Source of the DNA: Trichoplax sp. H2
Taxonomy: Eukaryota
NCBI GenBank assembly: GCA_003344405.1
Contig: NOWV01000208.1
Span: 108,013-128,012, forward strand
Direction: 5' to 3'
Length of the DNA: 20,000 bases
A program made the translations under genes and the position numbers. Of the stretch, positions 11,102 to 20,000 are shown one piece after another. Under the pieces are notes generated by a model. That model was not told the DNA's origin, made no database searches, and worked only from the letters and a program-made list of their open reading frames with translations. The stretch's first letter is position 1, and the number at the start of each line of letters is the position of its first letter.

Positions 11102-11470
11102 TTATTTAAAGACTAGGTAACGTGAACAGATTGTAAAATCGGTTAACTTTGCTCCTACGTCAAAAATTTTGATGACGTCTACCAACAAATCAAATATTTT
11201 GCAATCTTCCTTTAAAAATTTTAGGTAAAGTAAATAAATATAGGCAGACTTTATTGATATTGATATCAAATGGAAAGCGGCGATGGTAAACTGAATAATC
11301 ATTAAAATGCGCCATGTCGTTTTCATGGCATTCTTTTGACGTCAATTGCTCGCTAATTTTTAAAATAACTAAAATTTCACTGTTCTTAAGAACGCTATCA
11401 TAAGTATTAATATCTTCAAAAAATGTCAAGCCCGTCACAATGCTAGTCTTAAAAATCTACTGTTGAATCC
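11102..11470 (-). pseudogene. 7TM fragment (TM5-TM7-like) related to the 2566 and 19312 ORFs
   Basis: One frame reads FLKILILMIAFLRTVKF*LF*KLASN*RQKNAMKTTWRILMIIQFTIAAFHLIS...FDLLVDVI. IAAFHLI and LVDVI align with IAAFYHI/FVGII (2566 ORF) and MATFYLI/YVDII (19312 ORF) at nearly the same spacing. Confidence 0.45.
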
Positions 11471-11599
11471 TTCTGTTTCTCTTAGAATTTTTTTAAAAAT
11501 AAATCTTGTTCTATTTCTTCGCATGGAGGTCTCTATCTTTGCTATTGTATCGCACGTACTATAAAGTCAGCCTTTAAAATGAACGCTTATCCCCCAATA

Positions 11600-12420
11600 T
11601 AAGCCTTTTGCTTTTTGCTGGCTATTAAAAATTTTGCATAATCTTTTTTGTGCACTAAAGAGAAATAAAATCCCTTCAGGATCACAGATGACAATTTTAA
11701 TCATGTGCAGCCATTCTGGCCTTATCCCTACTACAATCAGTGCATAAATAAAAAATCATACTATCTAGGCGCAAGTTAAAGCTGGATAAAGCAGTTAAAA
11801 TTTTCTTGTATCAATAAAGTGAGAAAATAATGATTCCTGATCGAATAGGCAGAAATATGTTGTAGAAATAAAGAGCGAAAGTATGTGACTAGCACTTGTT
11901 TGTAGATTTCAAAATTTCTCACTCCTTCAATATTCTATACTCGCTATAAATGCTTTATTGCTCAGTTAATAATTATAACTGATACTAAATAATTTCTACT
12001 TAAAAAAGGATCTCTTGACTTCAAAAATTGCAAGAAATCGGTTTATTTCCTCCAACTAATTAACTTTATTCATACCTGAGCAACTATATGTAGGACTAAA
12101 TATGGTTAAAAGTAATTTTTATTTCACCATCATCTTATATACTAGTACTGTGTTTTAGTAAAGGATATTTGAAGTCTCGAACGAACTAATTTTACTAAGT
12201 TTATAACTAATACAATTTACAACGAACAAATTAATTTTGTAGAGTGCACAAAAGAAAACTATACTTTACAGTTTTACCTCGCAAAATATATGCATTGACT
12301 ACTGATTCTAGCATGTTTTTATATTACGCCTTTTTAATCATTAATGGCTAGCAAAGCTAATCGATTCTATCATGTATTTATTCAAGCATCATATATGTCG
12401 TAGGAACTTTACATTTCTCA
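11600..12420 (-). pseudogene. Decayed GPCR relic
   Basis: TM2 LALLAIND*KG (~12330-12360), TM3 end INRFLAIF (12023-12046), TM4 YLVSVIIIN*AI (Trp TGG>TGA), TM5 FYNIFLPI..IIIFSLY*YKKILTALSSFNLR (~11770-11870), and TM7-like ICDPEGILFLFS (~11655-11690). Confidence 0.65.
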
Positions 12421-13175
12421 ACTTTTTGATCAGATAAATTTGAAGTATTCAAAATATGCTATACAAAGGAAGTAAAATTCGTTATCGTATAGAATGACTT
12501 TGATAAAATTATTCTAAACTGTGGCTGTCAATCAAGTTGGACGCAAGGAATCCTTAACAAATATCGGTTATCCAGAGAATTATACAGTGAGAGTAAGAAC
12601 GCGCATAATTAGACGGATCTACTATTATTATAGAGTATTAAACTGTCAATGAGTTATCAATGAAACTATAAAAGCACTCCACTGTTTCATGTTCAGATGA
12701 ATTTACAGTTATCAAAATCTAATAGTCATGGAAATAAAATTTTCTATTGTACAGAATAGTATTAGTAAAATTATTCAATTCGACCAATTTGGACTTACAG
12801 AATCTCTTTTAACAAATATTTGCTGTCCAAAAAATTATACAGTAAGAGTAAGAGCACAAATAAATTAGTAGATCAATCTGCTACTACTATTGAGTTAACA
12901 CAGTACGTGAGTTACTCATCAAACTAATTAAACTTTCTTCGATTTCTTAATCAGATCAATTCGCACTCATCAAAATCTGATACTCATTGAAATAAAATTC
13001 GCTATCATACAGAATGGCATTGGTAAAATTAGTCTATTCTGTTGCTGTCAATCAAGTTGGATATAAAGAACCTTTAAGAGATATAGGCCATCCACAGAAT
13101 TATACTGTAGACACCTTACACTGCTACTAACACCAAGCATTAAAATGTATGTGAAGTACTAATTAAACTTTCTCG
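12420..13175 (+). repeat. Three diverged ~260-bp tandem units, probably decayed fibronectin type III domains
   Basis: The anchor tcagat recurs at 12430, 12693 and 12951. Shared blocks include aattatacagt.agagtaaga (units 1 and 2) and gctgtcaatcaagttgg (units 1 and 3). Plus-strand translation gives LTNI..PENYTVRVRT/A. The repeat itself is certain; the FN3 origin is inferred. Confidence 0.85.
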
Positions 13176-13249
13176 CTGCTATATGTATTTTTATAATAAC
13201 GCCTACTTATAAAAGCTCATTTTTTTAGTGACTAATTTTGACATTATTT

Positions 13250-13470
13250 GCAATTCCTAAGTCATATTTATAAAATAGCAAAGCATTAGTATTCGCCAAT
13301 CAAAACCATGCAATTTGGATATCCAGTGGATTCTAAGGATCTATAACAGCGAAGACAAATATACTTTCAAGCATTCATCTTTTGAATGATCTTTTTGACT
13401 TTGGATTAAACGCTACCACGTTGACTTCGTAACGAGATTTGTATATCTAAAATATTTTAAAGGTGATAAT
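13250..13470 (-). pseudogene. Possible FN3-domain relic
   Basis: The minus frame reads SRYEVNVVAFNPKSKRS (YEVNVVAFN at 13405-13431, FN3 F-strand pattern YxVxVxAxN), followed in frame by DP*NPLDIQI (FN3 start pattern PxxPxxLxV). Confidence 0.35.
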
Positions 13471-13539
13471 TCTCAGCAATTTATTACGGTGTAAATTCGG
13501 CGGTATCAGACCTCTCAACTTAGCGATAAAAATCGTAAG

Positions 13540-14370
13540 TAGTTCATAATTTTTTTCTGTAAGCAAATGACAGGATTTAACAAGCATACATTTAAAATTA
13601 AAGAATTTGTGATTGTCACAAAACAGCTTTGCTACAAGATAACGTAATGTACGATCAATAAGTCAATTCCTTGAACCAAGTATCAAGGAACGATATCTGT
13701 ACTATCAGAAACACTTTTGCTCTACTAGCAGACTACACAAAGACTTAAACGCCTACTATTTTACGTTAAACACTAAGTTTGAGAATCCACTTTATTGCAC
13801 AATATACTGCATTTATATACTATTCCTCAATAGTTCATGAGTCACAGTTAGTACGATTAACTTTGGAATCATTTACTGAATTAGATATTAATTGTAGCTA
13901 CTGCTCCCTTAATACAGACAACAGTATTTACTAACTTAGGCATCTGATGACTAATACAGAATAGTCAGATTACGATATGTGCTATCACGGAACATTTCCA
14001 CGATAATTTACAATCTACCATAAGTAAGTTACAATCACAATGATCCGAACTGTAAGTAGATGATTTGCATTCCCTATTATAACGATTAATTTCAGTATGT
14101 GTATATGTGTCACTATCATAAAAAGTCAGTGCTATATTAAATGGCAGTATATCCAAATTAGAAGTTCACTGAATAAGGATAGGCTAACAGAATTATCCTA
14201 ACATAGATATTTCTACTCTAATACAGTATATAACACTGTCACAGTGATATAAGATGACATTAACAAATGTGGCAACTCATGTTCATCATTTGTTAGTCAG
14301 AGCCTTAATTTATCGATTTCAGCAGAAGATTCAACTACATTAGCAGCATTGGAAAACATTTTGAATTGAT
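13540..14370 (-). pseudogene. Decayed near full-length GPCR relic
   Basis: TM1 FSNAANVV...DKLR (~14300-14360), TM3 end TEINRY (~14080-14097), TM4 RIIVIVTYLW*IV....VP (~13990-14047), TM5 LIQ*MIPKLIVL (~13850-13885), TM7 LILNVCLLNPVIC (NPVIC at 13563-13577). Confidence 0.6.
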
Positions 14371-14810
14371 ATAACTTAATTTAAAGATCATTTACTAGTC
14401 GTATATCATTGTCTGCGGCAAATTTACTCTATCTATGAACACTATCAGTAATAAATGTTTCATTCTAGAAACTTTAATTTCATTGCTTGAACGATTTAAA
14501 CCTTATAATTGAAAGTTTTAATCCACGTCATGACGATATTCGAATCAATTTATCGTACATAAACTTTCAATTGGCGTAAATGAGCAACTTATAATAGTTG
14601 AGTAAATCTACTTATTATAAAATAAGCGTGTAATGTCTTCTAATAGAAGAGAATTACATCAATATCTTTATTCATTGACTGCTTTTTAATAAGATATACC
14701 ACAAATTTTAAAAATTTCGTTTATCAATCAAACATAGCAGCCATTGACTTTCTTGTGATTACATGGAAGACTGTATTATCAATAAATCTCTCCTTAACTT
14801 TTTTTTCGGA

Positions 14811-15354
14811 ATAGATCATTTTGCAATAGCGGATAGCATATTAGACTTTCATATAACGTAACTATCAGCTAATTCCTAAAAAATAGACTAATAGCTCATT
14901 TTACAATTGTGGATGGAATAATACAACTTCATATGAAAACTTCGTAGCTACTTAGTTATCTGCTAATTCATAAAGAAGTAGATGAATAGATCATTTTGCT
15001 ATTATGGATAGGATTCTAGGAATTTGTATAAAAACTTTGTAATGACTTAGTTATTGGCCAACCTAGAAAAAATCAAGTAATAGATCACTTTGCAATGGTG
15101 AATGGCAAGCTAGAAATTCTTCTGAAAACTTCGCAATGACTTAACTATCTGTTAATCCATAAAAATGGACTGATGGGTCATTTAGCAATTGTAGATAGCA
15201 TACTAAAACTTCATATGAAAACTTTACAATGACTTAATTATCTGTTAATCCATAAAATATATTTATAAACTAATAGATCATTTTGCAATTGTTAATAGCG
15301 TACTAGAACTTCATAAAAATTTCATAATGATTTAATTACCTGTTAGTCCATAAA
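14811..15354 (+). repeat. Six diverged ~94-bp tandem units, possibly decayed ankyrin repeats
   Basis: Units begin with an atagatcattttgcaat-like motif at 14811, 14891, 14986, 15080, 15173 and 15273 (periods 80, 95, 94, 93, 100). Confidence 0.9.
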
Positions 15355-15579
15355 TTCTCCACAAATTTAAAATGTGTAATGCTTATAGGATAGCCACTCT
15401 TTCTTGCATCTATCTTCAAAATTCAGAAATATAAATCTTTTTTTCTACATTTATATGAAGTTAATTCCTACTACAGAAATCCAACAGCTTGGATCAGCAA
15501 CATTTTGTCCGGCTAGTTCATATATGAGGTTCCACTTTATACAGTCATCGATAGGATTTAATCGGCATATTTAGATAGC

Positions 15580-15658
15580 ATGGGTTTTCTCGCCTATATC
15601 CTTTTCTTCACCACAGTTATAACGTTTTCAAACCTTCCGGTGGAAGCACAGACAGTAG
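15580..15658 (+). CDS. Discoidin gene exon 1 (signal peptide)
   Basis: ATG at 15580; the donor G|gtttgt gives phase 1, compatible with exon 2. Confidence 0.8.
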
Positions 15659-18294
15659 GTTTGTATCGAAATTTTGCAGGACCGACTTTATTAATTCAAC
15701 AGCAAGTTATTGACTGTTTAATCTCGACAAAATTGAATATTTGCTTTGCTATTTTCATTTTTTAGTATTAATAGAATTAAAGATGGATTACTTTTAAATT
15801 ATCTATTTCAAACAAACTGGTAACGTATATGATTTTCTAGACTAATATTCTTTGGGCATGATTTTGTTTTTTCCAGAATGTGATCGACCGCTTGGTCTAA
15901 GGGATGGCTCTATTAAAAATAGTCAACTATTTAGTTCTGGTCCAACTACATCGGGCGTTGCCGCACAGTACGCTCGATTATTTTCCAGTAGTGCATGGTG
16001 TATAATGTCTTCGCAATTCGTTGCCGGTTCGCATTATTTGCAAATCGATTTTTTACAAGCAGTCAACGTAACAGCTATCGAAGCTCAAGGTCAATCAAGA
16101 TCAGGAGCAACATCCTATTACACTCAATATTGTTCAACTGCCGAGACTTCCTCTTGCCAATTTATATTGGAAAACGGAGGCCCCAAGGTTATATACCAGT
16201 CTTTGAATTATATTTGATGACTCAACTAGTAAAATGATTTACGTTATACGATTATAATTCCAGAGACTAAAATATATACATAAAGGAATGAAGCACCAAT
16301 AGCTTAATCAAGATAGCAAAAAGATAAAAAATTACTCTTCTGCTAGGATACGCATGTAAATATTGAATTTCTATCATTTGCTAGGAATTTATAGGCAGGG
16401 CTGATGGAGAAGAAAGTATTTTAACAAGATTGCCTAACCGAGTGCTTACTCGTTATATACGTATTTATCCTTTACAATTTGTGAACAATCCTTGTATGAG
16501 ATTAGAAATTTATGGTTGCTCAGCGATTGATTTTACTCCTGCGCCTGCAACGACAGATGGTAGGTTCAATAGTGTTCGAAAGCGCTAATTAAACATTTCA
16601 ATATCTGCTCGTTGCTACTCATGAAATAGTTGCCTAGTTCTGCTAACAATATTACTCACGATTCATATTCTCTCGGTACGCTAATCATTATTACGTTATT
16701 AAACTGGGATCACTTTCAACAGCGCCATGCAATGTATCACTTGGGATGAGCGACGCTAGAATCAATGATAGTCAAATCTATGGAGAAGGGGAAACTTTTA
16801 TCTCAACAACTCCAAAATTTGCTCGACTGAAACGCGCAAGTGCTTGGTGTATTCGCCCAAATTACTTCCAACCTGGAAAAGATTATCTTGAAATAGATTT
16901 ATTAAGAAATGCAACATTAACTGCTATCGCGGCACAAGGTCAATCCAATTCCGGAGTAAGCATGTTTCAAATGATGTTCTCTATTGATATACCAGAAATC
17001 TCTTGGAAAAATTATACAGCCATTAATTCGACGAAGCCGGAGGTAAATGCGAAGATAATTGAAGATAATTGCTCAATATTTAGAATAATGTATAAGAAAT
17101 GAATTGCTATCAAAACTTTATCAAAAGCCTACGTTTCAAACTATTTTTATTCCAATAATTTAGAAAATCATAACCTACCCATTTAACATATCTAAAATGA
17201 CCAATCTATTTATTATTATATTATTAGTAGAAAGATAAATAGAGCTCTATACAATTGAGATGAAATGGTTTTCATCCTTGATTTTTGCAATCAACAAAGT
17301 CGAAATTTGAGTTATTAAAATAGTAAAAATTTGTAACTTGACGGAAAGTGGTCAATATTGCCTTTATCCTTCAAAATAAATTTCATGATGAGTCCATTTG
17401 TTGCAGAACAATCCACTTTTCATTCCCTCATAAGGTAGTGGAAAATGACTAGAATAAACCGGATAATCAATAATCAACTTCAATTCTGAAGCATTAATCC
17501 AACTCAAAATCTGAGTTATTAAAACTGAGCAAATCTACGACGAGATACAAGATCAGATAAACAACATGTTTAACCTTAAAAGTATCGTTTATTAATAAAG
17601 CGTTTGACAAGAGAAGAATTCACTTTTCTAACCTTATAATAACAGTCGAGTCGAGAGTGGATAAGATAAACCGGATAATCGATTTCGTCTCCAAGATAGC
17701 AGTTTTATATTATCTAACAGTTATATTAAGGCATTACACAAAAGCATCAACTTATGTAGCTGTTTACTGCGGTCTTTCACGCACATAGTACGTTTACTTT
17801 AAGTATACAGTTTTATCATCAGCAATCGTGGAATTACCTTATAAGCGTAGCAGACTATTCTACTTCTTAATGTTACCGTACTTCAATTACGAGTGTAATT
17901 AGCTGAAAGTACTACACAGATCAATGATAGTAAATAGCATAAGAGATAATTTAAAATGGATCAGGTGCTATATTATTTCAACTAATAACATCAATGATAT
18001 CATAAAATGAGCAAATAAAATATCGTTTACTACAGTTTTCAGTTGTATTTTGCTCACTTATTAAAACAAAAATATCTTATCTTAGATATATTTTATATGT
18101 AATTGAATCAGAAATAACTAGAATTTACAATATATGCATTATTCTAGAACTTCGCTGGTGGCATCACAAGAAGAGATATCAAAACCCATAACCTTAAGGA
18201 GGCTTTTCACGCTAGAAGGCTTAGGATCTACCCATTGCAATATATATCGGCGCCTTGTATGAGATTAGAACTTTATGGTTGCCCCTTGTACTAA
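15580..18294 (+). CDS. Secreted protein with two tandem discoidin (F5/8 type C) domains, 343 aa; join(15580..15658,15877..16187,16385..16559,16723..17042,18148..18294)
   Basis: Four GT-AG introns (218, 197, 163 and 1105 bp; phases 1, 0, 1, 0) join to an open frame of 1032 nt ending in TAA. Signal peptide MGFLAYILFFTTVITFSNLPVEA. Each domain shows C..(P/S)LG....I..SQ, ARL...SAWC, YL(Q/E)ID, TAI.AQG and R..RIYP......CMRLE(I/L)YGC. Confidence 0.92.
15877..16187 (+). CDS. Discoidin gene exon 2 (domain 1, N-terminal part)
   Basis: Acceptor ttttttccag|, donor AAG|gttata; reads CDRPLGLRDGSIKNSQL...SAWC...YLQIDF. Confidence 0.92.
16385..16559 (+). CDS. Discoidin gene exon 3 (domain 1 C-terminal part plus linker); not in the ORF track
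   Basis: Acceptor tttgctag|, reads EFIGRADGEESILTRLPNRVLTRYIRIYPLQFVNNPCMRLEIYGCSAIDFTPAPATTD, donor G|gtaggt. Confidence 0.92.
16723..17042 (+). CDS. Discoidin gene exon 4 (domain 2, N-terminal part)
   Basis: Acceptor tttcaacag|, reads PCNVSLGMSDARINDSQI...SAWC...YLEIDLL, donor GAG|gtaaat. Confidence 0.92.
18148..18294 (+). CDS. Discoidin gene exon 5 (domain 2 C-terminal part, stop); not in the ORF track
   Basis: Acceptor ttattctag|, reads NFAGGITRRDIKTHNLKEAFHARRLRIYPLQYISAPCMRLELYGCPLY*. Confidence 0.92.
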   Translation, partial: NFAGGITRRDIKTHNLKEAFHARRLRIYPLQYISAPCMRLELYGCPLY

Positions 18295-18386
18295 TTATTT
18301 CTAGCACTGGAAAATTTTAGATTATATGAACACAATCTAACTCCAATTTTAACTTTAAAATCTAGTAATTAAGAAAACCAAAATGC

Positions 18387-18392
18387 AATAAA
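18387..18392 (+). promoter_or_regulatory. Candidate polyadenylation signal of the discoidin gene
   Basis: First AATAAA after the stop, ~93 nt downstream. The hexamer is common in DNA this AT-rich. Confidence 0.35.
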
Positions 18393-18449
18393 TCATAGTA
18401 ATCTAAATTCTGCTTAGAATTAGGGATAATTATAGTGCTAGTTAAAATG

Positions 18450-19030
18450 CATAAATTAGTATTATGAAATTTCATCCAAATAATTAATGAATTTATTGAT
18501 TTCTAGGTATATCCTTTTATTGTCTTAATTAATGAAAGTCATTCTAAATTTGCTAGAAATATGTAACCGATTCATTAGTATGTCTTCAATGCACTTACTG
18601 ACCTATCATCATCTGTATCGATTGGGCATATCTCCTTGTATTATAGACTCGTATTTACCAAATAAAAAATTTCAGCGACGTATTTTTAAACTATTTTATT
18701 CCAGAAATGTTGATGATACTTGCAAAGATCTTAATGGAATAAGTATAGCTAAAGATAATGTCACAAACTAGCTTCGTGACAAGGATAACGTAAAACAAAT
18801 CTCTAAATCAATAAAATCTGCGGATTCAGTATCCCTACTCACAAGAATTTAGACGCATTTAATTCTATGTTAAACTCCACTAGACAATTGAGTACTACTT
18901 TATTCAACTATCTGACGCGCTTATATACCCTTCTACAGCAGCTAACATTCATGAGTCATCTTATAAAAATACTAAGGTGAGAACATCTACTAACGAATTT
19001 TTCACAGTCGGACTACAATATGTTCATTCA
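18450..19030 (-). pseudogene. Decayed GPCR relic (TM3-TM5)
   Basis: L*KI...MLAAVEGYI (TM3, ERY-like EGY ~18925), SIV*WSL (TM4), and LEICFTLSLSRS*FVTLSLAILIPL (ECL2 Cys plus TM5), which aligns with MCNI...AYFTSLFIAALLIPI of the intact receptor. Confidence 0.5.
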
Positions 19031-19082
19031 CTAAATCATTTCAGTACACATTACAGCACAGCATAAAATTTACAGTAACACA

Positions 19083-19650
19083 TTTATAATTAGAGTGTAG
19101 TGTAACTTAGTATAGTGATTGTAGACTGTTAGCCATGTGTAGTATAATGTACGGTATATATTTATCCTAAGAGATATTCGGCAGCTATAACTATAGACTG
19201 TAGTGGTGTAGACTCTATGCTAGAGTACAGATGACTATGTACACTAAAATGTTGAGTTACTAATAAGGCTATAGGTAAAAATAGCACTGTAAATCATATA
19301 TTAGGATATGATTAATTCATTGTAGTTTGACTGGTGTGAATAATGTCTACGTAAGTACTGTAGTCGTATCTATATTGGATTAATGATGGTCCGCAGTAGA
19401 ATAGTTTTACTAAGAATAATTTAACCATGTGTAAAATAAGGTAAAAGGTTGCCATGCGGATTGTAGCTGCGAATGCTACGTAAAGTATAAAAGCATGCAA
19501 CGTTAGATTATTCTGTTAGTTCGTTATAGAAGTCTTTAGTAGTAGTATTCGGCTAGAGTAGAGCTGTGTGTAGTTATTCTTTGTATTAGATTCAATAAAG
19601 CCCTTATCTTTCTAAAATTTGGAATTTCATGATTGGTTTATATCATATAG
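19083..19650 (+). repeat. Dispersed diverged direct repeat, copy B (paralogous to ~2325-2890)
   Basis: Collinear similarity with copy A; weaker similarity may extend to ~19780. Confidence 0.9.
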
Positions 19651-19780
19651 AGTAATTCCTATCGTAAGTAACTAGTTGTAATATATTATCACTATATTAT
19701 ACTGACCAAATTTAAAGAGCTATTTCTTCATGGTAGTTCGTACCGTGACAGATAAGCATGATAGAATAAATGCATTGGCA
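19240..19780 (-). pseudogene. 7TM relic (TM6-TM7-like ORF 19312..19500), paralogue of the 2480-3470 relic
   Basis: 35/62 residues identical to the 2566..2757 ORF by hand count. A shifted frame just after the stop reads INHILIY (NPxxY-like). Confidence 0.45.
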
Positions 19781-20000
19781 TGACATTAAAACCACTATTA
19801 CCAGCTTAAATTCAACCTAAGAATGACACTTTTCTAACTGTAGTATTTATAATAAACCAATATATAGATATATTTAACATTTATTATGGCACTCTGTTAT
19901 ATCAGAGGCTTTATTTGACGCCGTAAGAAACAAGCTTCGCTATTGTTAGTAGTACTTCGTTTATGCCCAAGACTTTTATTATACTTTTGTATGCAATGCT

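Noticed and set aside
14811..15354. CRISPR-like array
   Set aside because: Whole units are homologous with no unique spacers, the context is eukaryotic, and there are no cas genes.
15995..16237. 80-aa ORF overlapping discoidin exon 2
   Set aside because: Alternative frame of a well-supported exon with no independent signal.

Overview
AT-rich eukaryotic genomic DNA from a draft assembly with two 20-N gaps. Short GT-AG introns and an intronless class-A GPCR point to an animal; the style resembles a placozoan or other non-bilaterian, but that is inference only. Two intact genes are supported. (1) A single-exon rhodopsin-class GPCR on the minus strand (8012-9133, 373 aa) with non-canonical micro-switch motifs. 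(2) A five-exon plus-strand gene (15580-18294, 343 aa) encoding a signal peptide and two tandem discoidin/F5-8 type C domains with no TM segment. Hand translation across frames suggests that most of the apparently non-coding remainder is decayed coding sequence. This includes about a dozen minus-strand, head-to-tail 7TM/GPCR relics of roughly 1 kb each, three ~260-bp tandem units resembling dead fibronectin type III domains, and six ~94-bp tandem units resembling dead ankyrin repeats. A near-identical duplication across the second gap is probably an uncollapsed haplotype overlap. Relic boundaries are approximate and were read by eye, so they need HMM confirmation.
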